Shown here piece after piece: positions 26,176-33,501 of a stretch of 36,032 nucleotides of DNA (positions are counted from its first letter, which is position 1; every line of letters starts with the position of its first letter). The notes beneath the pieces are model-generated. The model did not search any database. It saw nothing but the letters and a program-made list of their open reading frames with translations, and was not told the origin of the DNA. The translations under genes and the position numbers were made by a program. Source of the stretch: a virus (taxonomy: Duplodnaviria > Caudoviricetes); the IMG/VR virus record IMGVR_UViG_3300030708_003584, positions 1 to 36,032 of that record; one strand, given 5' to 3'.

Positions 26176-27057
26176 ATGAAAATCTGCTGTGTTAATCACG
26201 TCAAAACCAAGACGCTGCAACGTCTATTGGGACTGCGGCATTACGAAGCGGTTGGTCTTCTTGAAATGTTGTTCAACTTCGCCGCCCAGAATGCTGATGA
26301 CGGCCACGTTGGGAAATACACTAACAACCAAATCGCCATTTGGATCGATTGGTTTGGAGATGCAGATGATTTAGTTCACGCATTAGTCGAATCAGGATAC
26401 TTAGAAGAGACGGATGGAGACGCGCGTCTGGCGGTGCATGATTGGAACGAGCATGCTCCCACGTACATCAAAAAGAGGCTCGACAAGCGTCGCCAACGGG
26501 CTCAAAAAGCAGGGACGCGGGATTCCGTGTCGCCTGATGTCGCCGCGTGTCTCCAAATGTCTCCCGATGACGACATTAACCATGCCAAGCCAAGCCAAGC
26601 CAAAGAAAATACGATCGGAGATCGTGATATCAATCTTTTGATTGAGAAATGGAATAAGGTCGCGCAAGTTGCAAAATGTAGGTCGCTTTCGGCACGTCGG
26701 CAGAAGGCGGTTAGTCGCAATCTAGATGAAGACGAACGCTGGATCGATAACGCGATGAATGCGCTCGATAAGTTCCCTCTGCCGTGCTGGACGGATGGAT
26801 CATTCACTCCGAACTTTGACTGGTTCATTAAGCCAGACACCGTCACGCGGATTCTCGAAGGGCAATACAACTGGGGCGATAACGCCAAACCACAGCCGAT
26901 ACAGCGGAAGAAGAAGACGAAAGAACAGATACAAGCAGCACAACAATATCGTTCTTTGCACGCAGAGCTCAAAGAGTTCCAGCGTCGCGGCGAAGGGTTA
27001 ACAAAACCGGCTGACGATATACGCGCGTCCCTTAACAAACTTGAGGCCAAATTATGA
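26176..27057 (+). CDS. Phage replication initiator (replisome organiser-like)
   Basis: N-terminal wHTH (AVGLLEMLF...ALVESGYL...VHDWNEH), C-terminal FDWFIKP..RILEGQY; internal iteron-like repeats. Confidence 0.75.
   Translation: MKICCVNHVKTKTLQRLLGLRHYEAVGLLEMLFNFAAQNADDGHVGKYTNNQIAIWIDWFGDADDLVHALVESGYLEETDGDARLAVHDWNEHAPTYIKKRLDKRRQRAQKAGTRDSVSPDVAACLQMSPDDDINHAKPSQAKENTIGDRDINLLIEKWNKVAQVAKCRSLSARRQKAVSRNLDEDERWIDNAMNALDKFPLPCWTDGSFTPNFDWFIKPDTVTRILEGQYNWGDNAKPQPIQRKKKTKEQIQAAQQYRSLHAELKEFQRRGEGLTKPADDIRASLNKLEAKL
26528..26603. repeat. Iteron-like repeats (putative replication origin)
   Basis: TGTC(G/T)CC at 26528, 26538, 26548, 26558 (exact 10-bp period); GCCAA x4 at 26584-26603. Confidence 0.6.
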
Positions 27058-27503
27058 CAACGCACATCGGAATCGATCCCGGGAAGAAAGGTGGTATTGC
27101 CGTCATCACGTCTGACGGGATCACAGTTGCTCACCCTATTCCTGAAACCGAACGAGATACTCAGGAAATATTTGAAGAAATAAGCCAATATCGGAAGGTG
27201 TTTGCGTTGATCGAAGATGTTCATGCGATGCCAGGCCAAGGCGTAAGATCTTGCTTCACGTTCGGTAGAAACTACGGCATGCTTCGGGGGATGCTGGTGG
27301 CGAACTACATTCCGTTCGAGACGGTCACTCCGGTGACTTGGCAACGCGAATTCGGGTTGATCAATCGCACGCTGACAAAAACGCAAAAGAAAAACAGTCA
27401 TAAGGCTCGGGCGCAGGAGCTCTTTCCACACATCGAGAAAATGACACACGCAATCGCCGATGCGTTACTGATCGCGGAATACGCACGAAGGAGTACTAAG
27501 TAA
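27054..27503 (+). CDS. RuvC-like Holliday junction resolvase
   Basis: IGIDPGKKGGIA...IEDV...FTFGRNYG...VTPVTWQ...ADALLIA. Confidence 0.85.
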   Translation: MTTHIGIDPGKKGGIAVITSDGITVAHPIPETERDTQEIFEEISQYRKVFALIEDVHAMPGQGVRSCFTFGRNYGMLRGMLVANYIPFETVTPVTWQREFGLINRTLTKTQKKNSHKARAQELFPHIEKMTHAIADALLIAEYARRSTK

Positions 27504-27676
27504 TGAAAGCTAGATTCATCAAACCACACAAAAGGCAACGCTGTTTGGTACGCGCAAGCACCATCGACGTGTTTGCAGCCATTAAGCCACAGATCAAAAA
27601 CTTGGGGATGGAAGAAGTTGGAATTGTACGTTTCTGGCTGCACGTCGTTTTTTGGTGGCGGAAACCGAAAAAATAA
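27503..27676 (+). CDS. Small basic hypothetical protein (57 aa, below the ORF-track cutoff)
   Basis: TAATG coupling with the upstream gene; GGAG RBS; MKARFIKPHK...WWRKPKK. Confidence 0.45.
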   Translation: MKARFIKPHKRQRCLVRASTIDVFAAIKPQIKNLGMEEVGIVRFWLHVVFWWRKPKK

Positions 27677-27739
27677 GTCGCTATTGGGTGTGGCGCAAAA
27701 TACAGAAATTAGTTGCGCCGATACGAGAAAGGATTCTTT

Positions 27740-28579
27740 GTGATTAGCGTCGGAGAGTTGTTTGCGGGCATTGGCGGAATCGGACTGGGTCTGGAGATGA
27801 CCGGCGGATTCGAGGTTAAGTGGCAAGTCGAGCTAGACGAATATGCGTCACAGGTGTTAGCCAAGCATTGGCCAGATGTAACCCGCTGGGATGACGTCTG
27901 CACGTTTCCTCCGGCAGATGGCGACTGGACGGTAGATATGATCACGGCGGGCTTTCCGTGCCAAAACATAAGCTCGGCTGGAGACGGGAAAGGACTCGAT
28001 GGACGGAAAAGTGGACTCTTTTACGAAGTTGTGCGAATTGCACATGGACTCCGACCTCGACTCATTCTCCTGGAGAACGTCGCAACTTTGCTTATTCGGG
28101 GGATTGACCGAGTTCTCGGGGAGTTGGCCGCGATCGGGTATGATTCGGAATGGCATTGCATACCAGCTGTCGCCCTTGGTGCGTTACACCGACGTGATCG
28201 GGTGTTCATCCTTGCCTACCCCGAACACGATGGATGCGACCGGGACGGGACGAATGAACACAAATGCGAATGTCAAAAAATGGGGGGGAGTGAACAGCCT
28301 TGGGGGGATGGCGGCGACCGGGTTGTGGCCGACTCCAACCGCGAACGAAGATGCGGCAGGGACTCCGAACGGAAAAATGCAGCGTATGTTAGGCAATCAC
28401 CCCGAAGTGCGCAATCAGGGTACTGGGACATTGAACCCGCAGTGGGTCGAGTGGCTAATGGGATTCCCAAGCGGGTGGACAGACTTAGAGCACTCGGAAA
28501 CGCAGTCGTGCCACAGGTAACCCACTTCATCGGAAACCAAATTCTAGAAAGACTCAAGGATGATAGTGCTAGAAGATAA
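27740..28579 (+). CDS. DNA (cytosine-5) methyltransferase, large subunit
   Basis: Motifs I ELFAGIGG, IV GFPCQ, VI LLENV, VIII HRRDRVF, X LGNAVVPQV; GTG at 27740 after AAAGGA; motif IX missing in this frame. Confidence 0.9.
   Translation: MISVGELFAGIGGIGLGLEMTGGFEVKWQVELDEYASQVLAKHWPDVTRWDDVCTFPPADGDWTVDMITAGFPCQNISSAGDGKGLDGRKSGLFYEVVRIAHGLRPRLILLENVATLLIRGIDRVLGELAAIGYDSEWHCIPAVALGALHRRDRVFILAYPEHDGCDRDGTNEHKCECQKMGGSEQPWGDGGDRVVADSNRERRCGRDSERKNAAYVRQSPRSAQSGYWDIEPAVGRVANGIPKRVDRLRALGNAVVPQVTHFIGNQILERLKDDSARR
27999..28520 (+). CDS. Nested +1-frame C5-MTase small subunit (TRD and motif IX)
   Basis: WPRSGM...LPTP...WPTPTA...LNPQWVEWLMGFPSGWT; AAAGGA before the ATG. Confidence 0.7.
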   Translation: MDGKVDSFTKLCELHMDSDLDSFSWRTSQLCLFGGLTEFSGSWPRSGMIRNGIAYQLSPLVRYTDVIGCSSLPTPNTMDATGTGRMNTNANVKKWGGVNSLGGMAATGLWPTPTANEDAAGTPNGKMQRMLGNHPEVRNQGTGTLNPQWVEWLMGFPSGWTDLEHSETQSCHR

Positions 28580-29141
28580 AGAGGTCGTAATCATTACACC
28601 ACCGCGAACCGGATCGTTAATGCTACACGAGCTCTTATGTAAACGCAGACACTCATATTGGATTGAGTCGACGGACAAAAACAGGCACACGATAACGATA
28701 CCAAATGAATTTAAGCGATTCCGGCAGATGCTGCTGGTGCGAAACCCTTATCCGAGACTACTCGGATTGAGAGACGAACTGAATGAACATTTGGCGATCC
28801 GGCAAAAAAGGCCGTTGTCGTTGCCTGAGTACATCGATCGCCGACATCAATTTCGGATGCGTCACGCGAGCCTGATGACCACATGGGTTGATGGGATAGA
28901 AGCGTGTGCAGTGCTACATCTCGAAACGCTCAAGCGGGATTTGGCAGAACACCTCGGTATAAACGTCCGAGTGCCGAGACTAGAAGAAGACAAGCAGCGG
29001 GATTGGTTGAAAGAATTTAAAAAAGTTGACTATGAGCGACTGGCCGTTTTATATACAGAGCTCGTGCCCGACCTAGTCTATGGTTATTACCACAGTGCGA
29101 TTACACCTGTTAAAGCGAGGGCTTGGTCCCCGTGCCTTTGA
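28560..29141 (+). CDS. Sulfotransferase family 2-like protein
   Basis: IITPPRTGS (5'-PSB-like) and LVRNPYPRL (3'-PB-like) motifs. Confidence 0.6.
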   Translation: MIVLEDKEVVIITPPRTGSLMLHELLCKRRHSYWIESTDKNRHTITIPNEFKRFRQMLLVRNPYPRLLGLRDELNEHLAIRQKRPLSLPEYIDRRHQFRMRHASLMTTWVDGIEACAVLHLETLKRDLAEHLGINVRVPRLEEDKQRDWLKEFKKVDYERLAVLYTELVPDLVYGYYHSAITPVKARAWSPCL

Positions 29142-29314
29142 AGCTCCGTTTAAAATCCGGCGACCGGCTGATTCTTGGGTCTGCATATTTAGAGGTAGAA
29201 AAAATATCTCCGTCGACTGTCCGGGTTTCGGTGGAAGCTCCACAAGAAGTTGTGATTTTTAAACAGCGCAGAACACGCACTTGTAACGATGACAAACAAA
29301 ACGAACCGGAATAA
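29132..29314 (+). CDS. CsrA/RsmA-like (carbon storage regulator fold) RNA-binding protein
   Basis: LKLRLKSGDRLILG..LEVEKISPSTVRVSVEAPQEVVIF aligns by eye with the CsrA pattern MLVLSRK.GE.I.IG...VRIGIEAP.EV.V.R. Confidence 0.65.
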   Translation: MPLKLRLKSGDRLILGSAYLEVEKISPSTVRVSVEAPQEVVIFKQRRTRTCNDDKQNEPE

Positions 29315-29360
29315 ATCGTAAAAATGGTTGCCATCTGCTCGTGAATAAGAACAATAATTA

Positions 29361-29437
29361 GCGTAGTTGAACTACGAACAACCGAACATTACCTGTCGAA
29401 CGGGCTATCTCTTAACGAGGTCGCCCGTTTTTTTTTG
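29361..29437 (+). ncRNA. Short leader/sRNA ending in a strong terminator
   Basis: CGTAGT-tga-ACTACG hairpin, then AACGGGC..GCCCGTT stem with T9, directly upstream of the late gene block. Confidence 0.5.
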
Positions 29438-29451
29438 AATTGGGAGAACCT

Positions 29452-29895
29452 ATGAGCGGCACAACTGACCGTGGCAAATATCTATTACTAAAGTATGCGT
29501 TCGACGGAGAAACTGTCCCGACCACCTACCGACTCATTCTTTGCACCGACGATGATACGCCTACCAAAGCAAGTAACACTTTGGCCGACGTCACCGAGAT
29601 AGCCTCTGGGTCAGGCTACGATTCCGGTGGCAAGGAACTCGCGACGTCAGATGCGACTGTCACGGAAGTTGACGGTACGATCGGTGCGAAAGTTGTTTTC
29701 AGCGATCAAACTTGGTCTGCCACTGGTACGTTTCCATCGAGCGGAACAGGTGCGAGATGGGCTGTCATCACGGACGGGACGAGCTCAAGCGATAATATCC
29801 TTGCTTACTTTAGCTTAGGGAGTAACCAGACTCTCACGAGCGGACAATCACTTACGCTTCAATCTGTAGAAATAGATTGCAATGAACCTAGTTAG
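29452..29895 (+). CDS. Virion structural protein (tail-fibre-associated type)
   Basis: EIASGSGYDSGG...DQTWSATG...LAYFSLGSNQTL; RBS GGGAG. Confidence 0.65.
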   Translation: MSGTTDRGKYLLLKYAFDGETVPTTYRLILCTDDDTPTKASNTLADVTEIASGSGYDSGGKELATSDATVTEVDGTIGAKVVFSDQTWSATGTFPSSGTGARWAVITDGTSSSDNILAYFSLGSNQTLTSGQSLTLQSVEIDCNEPS

Positions 29896-29903
29896 GAGTT
29901 GCC

Positions 29904-30677
29904 GTGGAGCTTCTGCTGAAGGTCGGTGATAGTGAATCGCCCGTAGGGTATAGGGATGGAGATATCGTGTGCGCGTTTGCGACCGATCACATCCTGAAGG
30001 TGAACGCGCAGACGATAATGTCTGCGCCGGTCGAATTAGATTCAGTTTCCGGCCTCAATCCATCGGGAACACTTCTCGAACTGGTGTGTGAGATCTCTAG
30101 TGAGTTTAGGTTCGTTCGTGACGCGGACACCGTGACGCGGACGAGCCTGGCCACTGGTGAGCAGACAGTTCACGACGCCACTACGCCTGAGTCGATTCAT
30201 GTAGATGCGTTTTTAAAACGTCGACTAAAACATCCTCGCCACAGAATCTTTGGTGATACAGGAAGCGAATATTGGTTCGGCGGTAAACGCGAGTTTTCAG
30301 CTGCGGATATATGGTCGTTATTAGAGCAGCACTCTGATCACGTCCGCGATGATTACCGGCAGTGGCCGTTTACGTGTGCGGAGCGATCGCATTTTCTTCC
30401 GATCTCCTGTTCTGGCTACGGAGGACACGAAGACGACATTTCTCATCACACCGCACAGCTACGATGTGCGCCGGTCACCGAAGATACCGGGACGCCTGAA
30501 CCGATTGATATTGCGAAGCGCGAATGGTTCGTGCCGTACTGGGATCTCTCAAATACTCTCAACCTCACGGTCGACGATGTACGCGATAACGAGCGGATTA
30601 TCGATGCAAGGCTGATGCAAGGGAGTCCGGCGTTAGATAGCACAAACATTAGCAAAGTCGTAAACGGTCTGATTTAA
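29904..30677 (+). CDS. Hypothetical protein
   Basis: AGGAG RBS plus GTG; 257 aa. Confidence 0.7.
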   Translation: MELLLKVGDSESPVGYRDGDIVCAFATDHILKVNAQTIMSAPVELDSVSGLNPSGTLLELVCEISSEFRFVRDADTVTRTSLATGEQTVHDATTPESIHVDAFLKRRLKHPRHRIFGDTGSEYWFGGKREFSAADIWSLLEQHSDHVRDDYRQWPFTCAERSHFLPISCSGYGGHEDDISHHTAQLRCAPVTEDTGTPEPIDIAKREWFVPYWDLSNTLNLTVDDVRDNERIIDARLMQGSPALDSTNISKVVNGLI

Positions 30678-30679
30678 AA

Positions 30680-32821
30680 ATGGCAACCGTCACTACAAGC
30701 ATTGGAACAAATAGCTCGCTTGGGACTGCAACTCCTAGCGGTTGCAGCGGCTCTGGTCCGTGGGATGTGACAATTTCACTGAGCCCACATAACGTGAGCG
30801 TCGGTGACACTGCAAAGATTACGGATTATACGCAGGGTGATTTTTACTACTTAATCACGGAGATCTCAGGGACTACCTGGACCTTTAAGTACATCAGCGG
30901 GGGCATGGGATCAACCAGTCCTTGTACGCTACAAAACATGTCTTATGGTCAGGCCAGCGCCACTTTCCAGCGTACGTACTCGACTATCAGTGCTTGGGAA
31001 AGTGACCTAGATGACACAAGTTATTATTCTTCCGGCGATGACGCGGTAGGGGAAGCTTACAACGACTCAGTCTTCGATGAATATATAGTGATCGCCAGCG
31101 GCGGCACGGTTGGTCTCTCTTCCGTAACATTAACTGCGCCTTCATCCGAGAGGCATGATGGAAAGGCTGGCACTGGGACGAGGATTGAATACACAGGAAA
31201 CCAAGGCAGTTCATTTCGTATTCGTCGAAGTCAGTGTACCGTAGAATGGCTTGAACTTGATCTCACAAGTACAAACTCAGCGGTGTCGACTGGATTAAAC
31301 TTTGGAACAAATTCAACGCAAGAAGTTTATGCCCGGAACAACATAATTCACGGTTTGACGACGCAAACTGTGCATATACACGGCGTATACATCTGGGGCA
31401 CAGGTAACTCGTCAAACAGTCGTTATTTGATGAATAATCTCATTTACAATCTGGACAACTCTTCCAGTAGTAAATCCGCCTCGGGCGTCACTGTATCGAG
31501 CGGAAACTGGAACGTCTATCTGTATAACAATACTGTCTACAACATAAAATCTACTGCGGTCGGTGACGATGCTTTCTGTTTCTCGATTCATGATACCGAT
31601 ACTTACATTAAAAATAACATCGCAGCACGACCGAGTGCCTGGCATTCCAGTTATCAAAAATGTTTTGCCGAATCCGGTTTTTCTGGGTCTACGCACGATT
31701 ACAACCTATCAACAGATTCAACTGCGACGGGAACAAACTCGTTAACAGGCGAGGACTATGAAGATCTGTTTGTCTCTGTAACGGGCGGGACGGAAGATTT
31801 GCACCTGGAGGAAGGTGCGGCTGCTATCGATGCGGGTACTGATCTCGGGACATCACCCACAGGCGTAAATATAGATATCGACGGTTTTAACCGGGACACG
31901 GTGGCTTCGTGGGACATTGGGGCTGATGAGTATGTGTCGAGTGCAATCAATATCACCCCAGCCTCGGCTGAGTGCGTATTTGCCGCGGATCTCACAGTAA
32001 CGATTGAAAAGTTCGTTACACCCGATGCCGCCGCATGCGTGTTGGCAGCTTCTATTGACAATGTTGGTAAAGCTATTGCGCCAGACGCCGCAGCATGTGT
32101 ATTTGCCGCGGATCTCGCAGTCACGATTGATAAGGTGGTTACGCCCGATGCCGCAGCATGTGTATTCGCCGCGGATCTCACAGTCACGGTCGATAAGGTA
32201 GTCTCACCTGCCGCAGCAGTGGCTGACGTAGCCGCAGTTGATCCAACCGTCTTTATTGAAAAGTTCGTTACACCCGATGCCGCCGCATGCGTGTTGGCGG
32301 CTGTTATTGATAATGTTGATAAAGGTATTGCACCAGACGCCGCTGAGTGTGTATTTGCCGCGGATCTCACAGTAACGATTGAGAAGGTCGTTACACCAGA
32401 CGCCGCTGAATGTGTATTCGCCGCGGATCTCACAGTAACGATTGAAAAATTCGTTACACCCGATGTCGCAGTTGCTGATTTATCCGCAGTCGATCCAACC
32501 GTCTCGATCACGGGTGGCGGCACGACAGTGTCACCCGCCTCCGCAGTGGCTACTCTCGCTGCAACCGATCCGACCACAATCATTGACACGGTACTCACAG
32601 CCACAGCATCCTTCAACTTGGCTGCTCAGTCTCCGACCGTTGTGGTGAGTGGTAACACAACGATTACGCCATCAGCAGCTACCGTTCTTCTCGGAGCATC
32701 GCTTGGGGCAGTGAACCCGGCAGGCTTAATCTACGTCAGCGATCCACAAATCAACGCACCATTCATCAGCGGTGCACGAATCGATGTACCGAATATATTC
32801 AAGCCACGACTCGAGAGGTAA
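30680..32821 (+). CDS. Fibre/spike-like protein: parallel beta-helix domain plus tandem ~21-22-aa repeats
   Basis: NNIIH/NNLIY/NNTVY/NNIA beta-helix ladder, DLHL..AAIDAG..DIGADEY, then PDAA(A/E)CVFAADLTVTIEK repeats. Confidence 0.7.
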   Translation: MATVTTSIGTNSSLGTATPSGCSGSGPWDVTISLSPHNVSVGDTAKITDYTQGDFYYLITEISGTTWTFKYISGGMGSTSPCTLQNMSYGQASATFQRTYSTISAWESDLDDTSYYSSGDDAVGEAYNDSVFDEYIVIASGGTVGLSSVTLTAPSSERHDGKAGTGTRIEYTGNQGSSFRIRRSQCTVEWLELDLTSTNSAVSTGLNFGTNSTQEVYARNNIIHGLTTQTVHIHGVYIWGTGNSSNSRYLMNNLIYNLDNSSSSKSASGVTVSSGNWNVYLYNNTVYNIKSTAVGDDAFCFSIHDTDTYIKNNIAARPSAWHSSYQKCFAESGFSGSTHDYNLSTDSTATGTNSLTGEDYEDLFVSVTGGTEDLHLEEGAAAIDAGTDLGTSPTGVNIDIDGFNRDTVASWDIGADEYVSSAINITPASAECVFAADLTVTIEKFVTPDAAACVLAASIDNVGKAIAPDAAACVFAADLAVTIDKVVTPDAAACVFAADLTVTVDKVVSPAAAVADVAAVDPTVFIEKFVTPDAAACVLAAVIDNVDKGIAPDAAECVFAADLTVTIEKVVTPDAAECVFAADLTVTIEKFVTPDVAVADLSAVDPTVSITGGGTTVSPASAVATLAATDPTTIIDTVLTATASFNLAAQSPTVVVSGNTTITPSAATVLLGASLGAVNPAGLIYVSDPQINAPFISGARIDVPNIFKPRLER
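31951..32520 (+). repeat. Intragenic tandem repeats of ~63-66 bp
   Basis: Near-identical GCCGCGGATCTCACAGT..ACGATTGA.AA units; about 9 protein repeats. Confidence 0.85.
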
Positions 32822-32824
32822 ACC

Positions 32825-33457
32825 ATGTCAACCGCTTTAAAAAATTCGTCTGGGGAATACATCACTATTGAAAGTGGTGAGTCATGCAATCTGACCGGCA
32901 CGCTCAAGAGCACCGAGGGTGAAACAGTTAGCAGCGTGAGCTCACTAACAATCACGCTCTACGATAAATCCAGTGGCACTATCATAAACAGCCGAAACAG
33001 CCAAAACGTGAATAACGTGAACGGAGGTACATTCTCCGCAGGCGTGTATACGATCGAGCTCGATGGCGCAGACACTGAGGCAGTCGGTGAGGTTGCAGAC
33101 GGTAGCAGCCAAGAACGAATTGCTCGGATCGAGTGGGGTTATAGCGACGGCGATTCGACACGCACTGGAATCGAAGAATTCAGTTTTCTGGTGCACAAGA
33201 TGGTTACAGCGATAGGGGTAGGCACAGGTGCAAATCAAATAACGCTGACAGTAACGGATAGCTCATCAAATCCAGTTGCGGAAGCAACCGTTCATGTGAG
33301 TACCGATCTTGCTGGTCAACAGATAGTGGCTGGCCCAGTCTTTACAAATGTATCAGGCGTGACGCCCACGCTTTATTTAGACACAGGCGAATATTATTCG
33401 TGGAGCTCGCACACCGACTATAGCTTTACGAATCCGAGCAAGTTTACAGTTAGCTAA
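32825..33457 (+). CDS. Ig-like virion protein
   Basis: ITLTVTDSSSNPVAEATV (carboxypeptidase-regulatory-like pattern); RBS GAGGT. Confidence 0.6.
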   Translation: MSTALKNSSGEYITIESGESCNLTGTLKSTEGETVSSVSSLTITLYDKSSGTIINSRNSQNVNNVNGGTFSAGVYTIELDGADTEAVGEVADGSSQERIARIEWGYSDGDSTRTGIEEFSFLVHKMVTAIGVGTGANQITLTVTDSSSNPVAEATVHVSTDLAGQQIVAGPVFTNVSGVTPTLYLDTGEYYSWSSHTDYSFTNPSKFTVS

Positions 33458-33501
33458 GGGGTGAGCTAATTTCTACAGCGTATGAATCACATCGCGAGAC
33501 G

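Noticed and set aside
26502-27449. 315-aa minus-strand ORF
   Set aside because: Antisense shadow of the replication and RuvC-like genes, no motifs
31756-32616. 286-aa minus-strand repeat ORF; repeats as a DGR or CRISPR-like array
   Set aside because: Antisense shadow of in-frame coding repeats; no reverse transcriptase, no adenine-specific variation, no unique spacers
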